From an archaeon (lineage in GTDB: Archaea > Micrarchaeota > Micrarchaeia > Anstonellales > Anstonellaceae): a stretch of DNA of 64,000 nt. Where the stretch lies: assembly GCA_020056635.1 (NCBI GenBank), contig JAGVHI010000016.1, forward strand, positions 4,702 to 68,701, read 5' to 3'. Positions 15,150 through 24,500 of this stretch are shown here, one piece after another; position 1 is the stretch's first letter, and every line of letters starts with the position of its first letter. Position numbers and translations under genes: made by a program. A model generated the notes under the pieces. That model had not been told where the DNA came from and searched no databases. It saw only the letters and a list, made by a program, of their open reading frames with translations.

Positions 15150-16433
15150 ATGCTCCAATACCCCAGTATGGCTGCAGGCTCCATCTCAATGCATCATCCA
15201 AACGAAGACATACTGGACCTGCTCTACCCAGTCGCAAGGCGGGCAGTGCAAACCAGGCTCGAGTGGCTCACCGGCGGGAGCAGGAGCAAAAAACAGGCTA
15301 AACTGGCCAAAACCCCTGAGATGCAATCGTCAATCGGCGAACCTGAAAAACCAGCCCCTGAAACTGCGGTTTTGCACCAAAAAAATTCAGGCTCAATTGA
15401 GCAACTAATCCTCCCCTCGCATGCTGAAACGGAAAAAACCCACTCAAGTGTTTCTGCAGAAAAAACAGCCTCTCCTGCAAAAACCCAGCCCCCCATATCC
15501 CACACTCAAACTGAATCTAACTTCTCTAATTCTATTCAAGATTCCCGACTCCCTACTCCAATATTTGAAAACGCAAAACTTCCAATGCCTATGCAGCGCA
15601 CCAGGGCAGCATTCGGTGGCAGTGTGCCCCCAACCGGCAGCGATTCTGGAGACAACTTCAAGCCCTACTCGGATGCTTTTTCGCAGCCTGTCCAATACAT
15701 CCCAATCTCAAAAGGAGCTGAGCAAATCGAGCTGCTTTCGCACGCCTCGCTCAAATCCCAAAATCCGAAGTTTGCAACCGCATACCTGGAAAACCTCAAA
15801 ACATTCGTGCTTGAGCTTGCGCAAGGAAGCAAGCCTGCAAGGGCAAAGCTCTCATTGCTCCTTTCAGATGCAGTCGATTCAATAAAATCAGGCAAAGGCA
15901 TTAGTGAGGATTTGCATCAATGCATCATCTCGCAGTTCAAGTCCCTTATCGAGGAAGTGAGGCAATCCCTTTGGAAAGCGGAAATCTCGCTTGCAACCTC
16001 CCGCTTTGAGCCGCTTTCCGAAGGCGCTGCAAAAAACCCACTCACCCCCGATTTGCGCCATGCAAGAACAATCGCAGCCTCGATTGGCAAATCCGGCAGG
16101 CCTGCGGCTTTTGCGCAAAATGATAGTTTCGATTCGCAGGATTTGGACTCGCTTGAGGAAATGACTTCCTCCCCGCTCATGTACCAGCGCGCTGCAGGCG
16201 CAAACGCCTCTCGCTGCATAGTTTCCAAGGGCAGCACTTCTATTGCAAACCACCATTCCTTCTCGCGCATGAGCCACAGGCACTGCCCAATCGATGGTTT
16301 CATCGCATCGGGCGGGATCGCGCTGCACGTAATGCACTTTAGAAGCTCGCTCAAGGTATTCTATAATGGGCTCAACTGGATTGGCGGCTGGTACCTTATT
16401 GAGCGCCAGTGCAAGCTGAGCAGGTTTTGCTGA
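15150..16433 (+). CDS. Hypothetical protein (low-complexity Ser/Pro/Thr-rich N-terminal half)
   Basis: 427-aa ORF with a TATA-like CTTTTTAAAA about 20 nt upstream. No recognisable motifs. The last ~90 aa look non-protein-like and compete with antisense ORFs. Confidence 0.35.
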   Translation: MLQYPSMAAGSISMHHPNEDILDLLYPVARRAVQTRLEWLTGGSRSKKQAKLAKTPEMQSSIGEPEKPAPETAVLHQKNSGSIEQLILPSHAETEKTHSSVSAEKTASPAKTQPPISHTQTESNFSNSIQDSRLPTPIFENAKLPMPMQRTRAAFGGSVPPTGSDSGDNFKPYSDAFSQPVQYIPISKGAEQIELLSHASLKSQNPKFATAYLENLKTFVLELAQGSKPARAKLSLLLSDAVDSIKSGKGISEDLHQCIISQFKSLIEEVRQSLWKAEISLATSRFEPLSEGAAKNPLTPDLRHARTIAASIGKSGRPAAFAQNDSFDSQDLDSLEEMTSSPLMYQRAAGANASRCIVSKGSTSIANHHSFSRMSHRHCPIDGFIASGGIALHVMHFRSSLKVFYNGLNWIGGWYLIERQCKLSRFC

Positions 16434-16444
16434 GCGGGCGCTCC

Positions 16445-16453
16445 TTTTTTTAA
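16445..16453 (+). promoter_or_regulatory. TATA-like box of the tRNA-Leu gene
   Basis: TTTTTTTAA ends 23 nt upstream of tRNA position 1. This is the typical archaeal TATA-to-start distance. Confidence 0.5.
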
Positions 16454-16475
16454 CCCCAACTGGCCGAATCCTTAT

Positions 16476-16670
16476 GCAGGGGTGGCAGAGCCTGGCCAAA
16501 TGCGCAGGACTTAAGTAGGCCTTTTTCTCTCTCCGAGAGAAAAAGCCCTGGGAAAAAGAGAAGAGTTTTGCACGAAAAATATCCGGCTTCGCCCGGTTTT
16601 TTCGCCCCAAAATATCCAGAGAAATCCTGTGACCTTAGGGTCTTCAAGAGTTCAAATCTCTTCCCCTGCA
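16476..16670 (+). tRNA. tRNA-Leu (anticodon UAA) with a 108-nt intron between positions 37 and 38
   Basis: Hand fold. The acceptor GCAGGGG/CCCCTGC is a perfect 7 bp. D arm GCAG..ATGC. Anticodon stem CAGGA/TCCTG with loop C-T-TAA-G-[intron]-A. Long variable arm GACC-TTAG-GGTC. T arm AAGAG-TTCAAAT-CTCTT. Discriminator A. No encoded CCA. Confidence 0.85.
16516..16623 (+). other. tRNA-Leu intron
   Basis: The intron interrupts the anticodon loop after G37. It contains a ~13-bp hairpin, GGCCTTTTTCTCTC/GAGAGAAAAAGCCC, with one mismatch. Confidence 0.8.
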
Positions 16671-16740
16671 CTCGCATTCGCTCGTTCGGAAAAGTTTTTC
16701 GCTGGTGCGAAAAATCTCGCCAACCGCTGTGCGGTTGCCG

Positions 16741-16755
16741 ATCTCTTCCCCTGCA
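16741..16755 (+). repeat. 15-nt direct repeat of the tRNA-Leu 3' end (att-like)
   Basis: ATCTCTTCCCCTGCA at 16656-16670 (T arm and acceptor 3' strand) recurs exactly at 16741-16755. Confidence 0.8.
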
Positions 16756-16814
16756 TTCAGCACTACCCTTGCGGAAAATAAAAAGAAGGCGGAATCTTAT
16801 CGCTTCCGCGTTGC

Positions 16815-17774
16815 TTATATCTCAGCATAGTGCATGTCGCTCCTGTTTTCGGAAAGCACGGCGCCCTGAAGCGCGAACCCCGATATTTCGGCTTTGCTCT
16901 TTGGCACTATGCTCTTGGAGCCGTCTTTTTTCACCACGAGCACCCCGTTCCACGGGCATTGTTTGCATCCGGGCACAAGGCTTATGCCTATCCTGCTTGT
17001 GTCGAATTGGACGTGGATGGACAGCCTCAGGGCATCCGGATACGCGTTTGTTATCAATTCCGAATGTGCGCTTGTTCTTGCGATAGATGAAAGGGTCAGC
17101 CTGTGCAAGGTCTGCTCCCCCTGTGCCAAATCCATAATATCGAGAATCGGCTGGAAATAGCCCCCTATCGTTCTTTTCAACCCATCGTACTGCGAACGCG
17201 TGCGGCAGTTCATCCTGATTGTTGGAATCCTCACGTCCTCTTCTTTGCGCAGGAACTCGGCAGCCCCTACGGTTATATTCACACGTTCCATCAATGCTTC
17301 AATTGGCACTCTCCGAAGCTTTTCAGCCATGCCCGGGATTTGTGCATCCATCTCTAAAATTATTTCATAAACGCCCCTTTCGAACCGCGCAACCGCGGCT
17401 TCCTCCAAGCCGAACGTGTTTCCGTTGTGGCTGACTTGGAACAAATCGAAAAAAACTCGGCTATCGGTCATTATGTGGACTTCGACGTTTTCCTCTACCA
17501 GAATTGCAAGGTTCCGCAGGCTTTCTGCTTCAGCCATGTCAGCGCGTTTGCAGTCTATCACCCTGTCCGGGTTTGGAGATTTGAACGGAAATGCGGGCAA
17601 CACGTAAGTTATTTTGCCGCCATGCGCAAGCTGCCGTTCCATGTTCACCCTAAGCGCCTCGAACTGTTTCTGCCTATGCGTCTGGTCGAAAGACCGCATA
17701 AGGGGCGATATTTTTTCGACCTGGCGCGTGATTAATGCTGCATTGCTCATTGACCCACCTATTATCATATACAT
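16815..17774 (-). CDS. PvcA/IsnA/Dit1-family protein (putative isonitrile synthase)
   Basis: 319-aa ORF. Motifs are VLPAFPFKSPN, ADMAEAESLRNL, IMTDSRVFFDL, ALRLSIHVQ, RIGISL and CPWNGVLVVKKDG, all in the order expected for PF05141-type proteins. The true start may be the internal Met at 17750. Confidence 0.65.
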   Translation of the reverse strand: MYMIIGGSMSNAALITRQVEKISPLMRSFDQTHRQKQFEALRVNMERQLAHGGKITYVLPAFPFKSPNPDRVIDCKRADMAEAESLRNLAILVEENVEVHIMTDSRVFFDLFQVSHNGNTFGLEEAAVARFERGVYEIILEMDAQIPGMAEKLRRVPIEALMERVNITVGAAEFLRKEEDVRIPTIRMNCRTRSQYDGLKRTIGGYFQPILDIMDLAQGEQTLHRLTLSSIARTSAHSELITNAYPDALRLSIHVQFDTSRIGISLVPGCKQCPWNGVLVVKKDGSKSIVPKSKAEISGFALQGAVLSENRSDMHYAEI

Positions 17775-17915
17775 TATTTATTTTGCTACCACATTATATT
17801 GTTCAGTGTTTATAAATATATCTTTATGTGTATTATAACAGAGATTCTGGTAAAACTATTTAAGCAGGAAAAAGGGAAGCATCTATCTACAAAACCAGTG
17901 GAAATGGATGTTATT
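17775..17915. promoter_or_regulatory. AT-rich divergent promoter region
   Basis: GTTTATAAATATATC (about 17806-17820) and other TATA-like runs lie between the divergent genes. Confidence 0.4.
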
Positions 17916-18422
17916 ATGAAAACGCAATTGGCCGCAATGATTGTGCTAACCATCCTTTTTGCGGGCTGCACCATCAACCCGCAGGATTTGGCGCCCAAGC
18001 TGCCGGCAAATAATTCTCCGCCGCAGAATGCCCGGGCTGCACAGCCGGGCCTTCAAAAGTCAAGCCAGATAACGCTTACCGCTGCAGAGGTTGCAAAGCA
18101 CAGCTCCGCATCCGACTGCTGGATGACAATAAGCGGAAAGGTGTACGACCTAAGTTCTTTCACAAACCACCCTGGCGGGTCTACATATGTCCCATACTGT
18201 GGAACTGCCGGAACAACTGGCTTCCAGACAAGGGGTGGCACTGGCACGCCCTCCGGTAACGCGGCGGCCATGCTCAGCAGCTATTACATAGGCGCGCTTG
18301 GGCAGACTGTGTTTTTGGGCACAGGCCAAACTGGTGCGGGCAGTGCAATTTCCCAAAATGGGAGTAACTCTGGCTTCGGCTACGGGGATGATGAGGACGG
18401 GTATGAAGGGGAAGACGACTAA
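17916..18422 (+). CDS. Cytochrome b5-like heme-binding domain lipoprotein (extracytoplasmic)
   Basis: Signal peptide plus lipobox MKTQLAAMIVLTILFAGC. The b5-like core is LTAAEVAKHSSASDCWMTISGKVYDLSSFTNHPGG. The C-terminal tail is acidic. The ORF track start at 17799 is probably too far upstream. A second axial His is not obvious. Confidence 0.7.
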   Translation: MKTQLAAMIVLTILFAGCTINPQDLAPKLPANNSPPQNARAAQPGLQKSSQITLTAAEVAKHSSASDCWMTISGKVYDLSSFTNHPGGSTYVPYCGTAGTTGFQTRGGTGTPSGNAAAMLSSYYIGALGQTVFLGTGQTGAGSAISQNGSNSGFGYGDDEDGYEGEDD

Positions 18423-18442
18423 AAACTAGCGGAGATGATGGC

Positions 18443-19069
18443 ATGCAAAAAAGCAGCTTCCTGTTTCTTTTAATTTTGGCAGGTGTTGCCCTTATCGGCG
18501 CATACAACGCGCTGTTCCCGCTGCCTGCGGGCACTATGCTCATCCGCTTTTTCGCCCTTTCCTCACTGTTCATAATCTGCGTTGCTCTCGTGATTGGCCC
18601 GCTTGCGGTTATCGACATAAAATACGCCTCACTCATAGAGCCTCGCCGCGCAATCGGAATTGCCGGGTTTGTTTTTGCAGCCACGCACATCCTGCTTGCG
18701 CTTGGCCTCGTGTTCGGATGGCAGCTTGCCGCAGTGCTTGGCGCCTTCCCAATTCTGATATCCATCCCCGCAGCACTAATACTGCTGGCCATGACGCTCA
18801 CCTCCTCTGACTGGGCGGTGCAGAAGCTGGGCATGGGCAGCTGGAAAACCCTGCAGATGCTCATCTACCCTGCATTTGTGCTCATACTTGCGCATTTCAT
18901 GCTCCAGTCCAACGGGCTTTTCGCGAAAACGCAGGCAGGCACATTCGTCAATCTTGCGGAAGTTGCTGTGCTTGCCCTTTCCATTGTGGCAATTATCCTT
19001 CAGTTCTATGGATTTTACCTTAAGAAAAAGAGGCTGTCGGCAGTAGCTGCCCCTGCAAAACCTGCATGA
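18443..19069 (+). CDS. Ferric-reductase-like (YedZ/MsrQ-type) transmembrane heme-b protein
   Basis: 208 aa with about 6 TM segments. It has RRAIGIAGFVFAATHILLALG and WKTLQMLIYPAFVLILAHFML, with conserved His residues in TM helices. Confidence 0.65.
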   Translation: MQKSSFLFLLILAGVALIGAYNALFPLPAGTMLIRFFALSSLFIICVALVIGPLAVIDIKYASLIEPRRAIGIAGFVFAATHILLALGLVFGWQLAAVLGAFPILISIPAALILLAMTLTSSDWAVQKLGMGSWKTLQMLIYPAFVLILAHFMLQSNGLFAKTQAGTFVNLAEVAVLALSIVAIILQFYGFYLKKKRLSAVAAPAKPA

Positions 19070-19228
19070 GGAATATTTTAACGTTCATTCTAATGTTCCT
19101 CAAGCGCCTTTAGGCTTTTCATTCTCGCTTCTCTAAAACCTCTTATGGGAATTCATTTTTAAAGCGCGCAAGTTCAAGTGGTGCAAAGCCCAATAGCGCA
19201 GGCGCGCGAAGGGAAAACTCAATAGCAG

Positions 19229-19756
19229 GTGATTCGATTGGCAAAAGGTTTGGGCATTTACGGGTTTGCTGCAAAAAGCATCGCAATATTCATTTTCGTG
19301 ATGCTGGTTTCAATGCTGCTTTCGGGCTGCGCTTCGCAGGAACAGCAGAACACGGGCGGCGAGTTGATTAAGGAAAACAAGACTGGCACAGTGGTGACCG
19401 AGAACAAGACTGGCTATGAAAAGACAAACGAATCAATAGCGCTTGCGGTAGCTGACGGCACCTATATTGAGAACGTCACTTACCCATATCACGTCGGCCT
19501 GCCAACCGAAGCCAACGAGACAATAGAAGTTAAAGTCACTGTCGAGGGTGATGTGATAACCGACGTATCAATAACAGCGATGGGCACTCCACACCAATAC
19601 TCCGCCAAGCTCATACTGGGTTTGAATGCAGCCCTCCCCGACCTAGTGGTCGGGAAGAAGATAACCGAGCTTAACATACCGAAAAATGTAGCAGGAAGCT
19701 CGCTCACAACTGCGGCATTCAAGGGCTATTTGGAAAACCTGGTGGAAACCTATTAG
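19229..19756 (+). CDS. FMN-binding-domain lipoprotein (candidate ApbE substrate)
   Basis: GTG start. Signal peptide plus lipobox VSMLLSGCAS. The C-terminal VAGSSLTTAAFKGYL resembles the FMN_bind flavinylation motif (S/T-G-A-T/S). It sits immediately upstream of apbE. Confidence 0.6.
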   Translation: MIRLAKGLGIYGFAAKSIAIFIFVMLVSMLLSGCASQEQQNTGGELIKENKTGTVVTENKTGYEKTNESIALAVADGTYIENVTYPYHVGLPTEANETIEVKVTVEGDVITDVSITAMGTPHQYSAKLILGLNAALPDLVVGKKITELNIPKNVAGSSLTTAAFKGYLENLVETY

Positions 19757-19764
19757 GCGCTAAA

Positions 19765-20661
19765 ATGGAGACAGTTGCGAGGACCGAGGAGCTGCTTGGC
19801 TCGGCAATCGAAATCAAGCTTCCCAGGCAGCATTCTTCCTTTTTCCCCATTTGTTTCGAAGAAATGAAGCGGATTGAGGATGCCTACTCCCGTTTCCTTC
19901 CTGATTCCAAACTCTCGAAACTGAATAAGACGCTCGGCACCTGGCAGCATGTTTCCGAAGAATTCATCTTTCTCCTTTCAAAGGCTGAGGAATTCAAGGC
20001 GAAAACAGGCGGTAATTTTGACATAACGCTAAAGTCTGCGCTTGACGCAATGGGCTATGACAAGGATTATTCATTCAAGCAAAAACCCGAGGCAAAGCCC
20101 GGAATTCTTGCAAGCATGAGAGGCGCGCTTTCGGGCGCAATACAAATCAACCGGAACGAGAAAAAAATCCTGCTAAATAGGGAAATCGATTTCGGCGGTT
20201 TCGGAAAGGGTTACGCCTCGGACCGTGTAGCTGAAGTGCTCGAGCGCAAGGGCGTTTCCCACTATTACATTAACGCAGGCGGTGACATGCTTGCAAAAAG
20301 CGCGAAAGGCGAGAAGGATTGGGAAATACTTCTCGAACACCCTGATAACCCTGAAATTGCAATTGGGAAAATCAATCTGAACGGAAAAGCAATCGCAGGC
20401 TCCGCCCCAAACAGGCGGAAATGGGGCGATTCGCACCACCTGATAAACGCGAAAACGGGCAAGCCTGCGCAGGGCACAAAGGCAATATTTGTTATCGCAA
20501 GCACAGGGATTGAAGCGGACGCATGCGCAACCGCGCTTTTCACTGCTGGTTTCGAGCATGGCATTTCTCTTTCGAAAAAAATGCCAGTTGAAATCCTTTC
20601 AATCTCAAGCCAGAACAAAATGTACCAAAGCCCTGGGTTCGGGGCGGAACTGTTCGGATGA
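19765..20661 (+). CDS. apbE: FAD:protein FMN transferase ApbE
   Basis: 298 aa. Motifs are MKRIEDAYSRFLPDSKLSKLN, IDFGGFGKGYASD, YYINAGGDM, GSAPNRRKW, HHLINAKTGKP and ADACATALF. Confidence 0.9.
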   Translation: METVARTEELLGSAIEIKLPRQHSSFFPICFEEMKRIEDAYSRFLPDSKLSKLNKTLGTWQHVSEEFIFLLSKAEEFKAKTGGNFDITLKSALDAMGYDKDYSFKQKPEAKPGILASMRGALSGAIQINRNEKKILLNREIDFGGFGKGYASDRVAEVLERKGVSHYYINAGGDMLAKSAKGEKDWEILLEHPDNPEIAIGKINLNGKAIAGSAPNRRKWGDSHHLINAKTGKPAQGTKAIFVIASTGIEADACATALFTAGFEHGISLSKKMPVEILSISSQNKMYQSPGFGAELFG

Positions 20662-21501
20662 TTAGTCCCCTGCCCCCACGAGCAGCTTAATCAGCAATGG
20701 CACAAGCGCAAGCAGCCCAATGCTTGCAAGGAAATAATGCGAAGGGATTTTCCGAGCAATTTTTGTAAGCACATCCATTGTTACGAACGAAGCAACTGCC
20801 GCAATCACAATTCCCACCGCAATCACTTCAATTGAAAATCCCTCAAACCCTTCCACAAAATAAAATGCAACAAACGCAGCCGCAACCATGGGCGCACTCA
20901 TCATAAAGCTTAGCCTCACCGCTTTTTGCGGCTCAATCCCCTGCAAAAGGAGCGAGCACTGGGTTATCCCGCTCCTGCTTATCCCAGGGATAACTGCCAG
21001 CCCCTGCGCAAACCCGGTTATCAATGCAGTTGAAATTGAAATTTTCGCATTTTGCTCAATCGCCTTCTTGGCTATTACAGTTATTGCGGCCATTACAAAC
21101 AGGAGCACTCCCACTGCAGCAAGCAGCCATTCCCCGGAAAGTTCGGTGAATACTTTGCGAACGATAAAATATGCCGGCAGTGCGACAATTGCGGTTGCAA
21201 CTATCGATATCACAAGAAACAGATGCTCCTTTTTTATTTCATCAGCTTTCTCGAATGAGGCCAATTCAGCGGGCTTAGTGACTGCTGCAACCACTGCCCC
21301 AATATACTCATTCCGGTACTTAAAAATCGCAGCAATGAAATCGCCGCAATGCAAAATAAGTGCGAATGCAAGGCATTCCTTGAAAGGGAGCGAAAAGAAT
21401 GCGCTTCCCGCAAGTATCACCTGTGTTTTCGAGCTCACCGGAATCCATGCGGTAATCCCCTGGATTATTGCAAGCACAATGGCCTGGAATATGTCAATCA
21501 T
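20662..21501 (-). CDS. uppP: Undecaprenyl-diphosphate phosphatase (BacA/UppP family)
   Basis: 279 aa, polytopic. Motifs are AIIQGITAWIPVSSKTQ and PGISRSGITQ. Confidence 0.85.
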   Translation of the reverse strand: MIDIFQAIVLAIIQGITAWIPVSSKTQVILAGSAFFSLPFKECLAFALILHCGDFIAAIFKYRNEYIGAVVAAVTKPAELASFEKADEIKKEHLFLVISIVATAIVALPAYFIVRKVFTELSGEWLLAAVGVLLFVMAAITVIAKKAIEQNAKISISTALITGFAQGLAVIPGISRSGITQCSLLLQGIEPQKAVRLSFMMSAPMVAAAFVAFYFVEGFEGFSIEVIAVGIVIAAVASFVTMDVLTKIARKIPSHYFLASIGLLALVPLLIKLLVGAGD

Positions 21502-21547
21502 GCTAGCGATGGGAAGAAGAAAAAATAAAAAGAGGGGCTAGCAGCAC

Positions 21548-24500
21548 TCACGAGTGCTGCTGCGAATAGGTGCACTCGAGCGGATAATTAGCCCCGGAAT
21601 GGACGCACACCCTTATTGCCCCTGCCCAGGCGTAAGTGCCCTCGCTAGTCCTGCTCCCGACATGCGCGCAGTAGGACCCGTCTGGCAGGTTGCCTTCCAC
21701 ATAGCTTGTCTGGCCAAGCGGAAGGATTGTTACCGGCGCATTCCCGAAGCTGCAGCTGACTGGCCTCTGCCGCGGGTCAACCACGTCCCTGCGAATCGAG
21801 AGTATGCTTCCACCCCCTCCGCCGCCCGGGCTTACCAAATTCTGGATGTTGCTTTTCACCCCAGAGTCGGAAACAGTCTTCGCTATGTCGGTTGTGCCGC
21901 CTGCAATAACCGGGCCTGATTCAATGTTCGCCTGATTGGCGATGCTGCTCTCGATTGCGGAATCGGAAACAAGATCCCCTTGCCCAACAGGCGAGTGCGC
22001 CACCTGCACAACGTAGTTCTCAAGGAACGGCGAGTAATCCGGCTCCACCCAACTCATTGCAACCGAGTGCGAGCCCTGTGCGCTGGTCGCGCCGAATCTG
22101 TACGGCACCACGACCCTAGTGTAATACCTTCCGGTCCTCTCAAAATTCTGCCTTTGGGTGGGCCACAGCCTATTTAGCGGCGAATCGAATGCATTCGTGC
22201 TCCATGCATAGAGCGACTGATATGTCGGGTTTCCTGTTTCATACCTCTGCGAACCGCCCGACCCGCTCACTATGTCCAGCATCCCGTCGCCGTCAATGTC
22301 CGCGACCACCTTTCCCTGTGACCCCAGCGCATCAAGCTCAACGTACTTTGCAGGCATCGCATCTGTCCCGTTCATGCTTTTTGCGCGCAATGCTCCGAAG
22401 TAAGTTCCGGACACGTTCTCCACATCCTCGTACAATATGTCCGGCTCGCCATCCCAGTTCACATCCCCAATCACAGGGCCAAGCCTGTCATCCCAGCCAA
22501 GTGCGCTGTCCCACTGCCCAATAACCGCACCAGTGCTGTTCAGCACCCTAATCCCATGCGCGGTGCCGGTCACGCTCGCAATTATCTCAAGCCCACCTAC
22601 ACTGTCAAGGTTTGCAACTGCCGGAGTTTCCGGCATCTGCCCCAAAAGCGCGGTCCAGAGCAGAGTTCCGTTGCCCCGATACGCAAGCAGCCCGTCCCTC
22701 GTCGGAATCAGCAGCTCATCCCTGTTGTCATAGTTGATATCCGCACTTGTTGCGCTCGCCCTTGCAGGGGATGCGAAAGCCACTGGCCATCCAGGAACTG
22801 CAGTGCCATTCGCATTGAAAGCAAATGCCTTCCCACCTGGCACATTGCAATTCTCCCAGTCCCCAGCATAGAATATCTCAAGGTCCGAGTCCGAATCCAA
22901 ATCTGCGACTATCGGGCTCTGCTGCACCCCTTCGCGCGGGAAGCAGTCGGGCACGCTCTGCGGCCAGCCGGGCCTTATCTGCCCGCTCAAGTTTGTTACA
23001 TAAATCAGTTTCGTATGCGATATCTGTGTCGGCCCTGGCACAATATACACGAGCTCCTTCTGCCCATCGTGCTCAAGGTCAGCTGACATCGCATACGCGC
23101 CAAACTGCCCTGCCCGCCCGGCATTTTGTATCTCATTTTCCCAAACAGCCTGCCCTAAAAGCGATTGCGCCACAGTCCTGTACGCCTCGCTTTCGCTTAC
23201 CCCTCCTTTTGCGTAAATCGCATCCATTATCCCATTGCTCCCGATATCCGAAACAAGCAGCGAGAGCCGATTCAGGTTCGGAAGCGAATCCGGTGCGGAA
23301 ATAACAGTGCTTTCTATTGCGCCGTCCGCCCCAACCACATATACTGCGCTTGCGGAATTGTCCGGGCTCCTGCTTGCAAAAATTATTTCTTTCCCTTCAT
23401 CCGCATCGACATTTTTGATTACCGGAATCGGGTAATCGTGGCTTGTGCTTGGGATTTTCACAGGGAACCCTTCTCGAAGCTCCCTGCCCATGCGCACTGT
23501 TGCGAACTCCTCGCCCAGTTCCTGCTCCCCGCCGCTTCCAAACACCGCAATCCGCATCTTATAGAAGCCGCTCTGCGTATCGGCTGGCAGCGAGAAATTC
23601 GCAAGCCTTCCATTCTGTACAGGCAGGTTGCCATCCCGTTCAAGCGCAATCCCGTCAGCGCTCCAATCCTCTGTCCCAACAGGTGCGTACTCGATTTCAT
23701 AATTTCCGCCCCCGTGCGACCAAATGCACCCGTCAACAGAAAGGCCTTCCCTGTACACATCCCCTCCTTTTGGAGAAGATATTCTTAGCTCTACACTCTC
23801 CTGCGCTCCCATGTAATTCCCGCTTCGCACAGGGTCGTGGTGGTATTCAGGCCATTGCATTGAGGATTCCGGGGTTCCAAGCTCCCAAACGTACACTCCC
23901 CCGTCGCCCTCTTCCCCCGTCCAGCCATAATAAGCGCCATCATCCCCAGTCGTGCCAACCATCTCAAGCATTCCATCATTGTCTATATCGGCTATTACTG
24001 GAGCGGAGCGCATCCCCCTCGGAAGCCGCATCCTCCAGATCGCGTTTTGCGAGTCATTTGCCCTGTATGCGCCCACCCCTGAGAGGTAGCTGAATGATGC
24101 CCCGCATCCGCCTCCTTCGGCAGTTATCAAATCATCCTGCCCATCTCCGCTCACATCCGCCGACACGACAGAGAAGTCCTGCCCGCACCTTGTAGGCACG
24201 CTGCCGATCGTAGTCCCGTTCTCATCTATTATCCTTGCGAAAGATTCGCTGTTCGAATTCGATGCGAGCTCGACGCTTCCGTCATCGTTCAAATCGGAGA
24301 GCATAAGGTACTTCGGAAGTTCGGTCGGCACATTCGTCCAGCCCGGAAGCGGGTTCCCCTGTGCATCGAACCTATAGATGTTATAGAAGCTTGCAATCGC
24401 CAGATCGGGCAGGCAATCCCCGTCAAAGTCATTGATTACCGGAGCCGCCATCCATCCTGCCCTCTCATCGATTGTCCATGCGTTTGAAACGCTTCCATCA

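Noticed and set aside
16516-16623. A box C/D guide RNA inside the long tRNA-Leu intron.
   Set aside because: No RUGAUGA (box C) or suitably placed CUGA (box D) motifs are present.
15888-17086. ORFs 15888..16610(-) and 16568..17086(+) spanning the tRNA-Leu locus.
   Set aside because: They run straight through a well-folding tRNA gene and its intron, and through the 3' end of the PvcA-like gene. They have no protein-like features.
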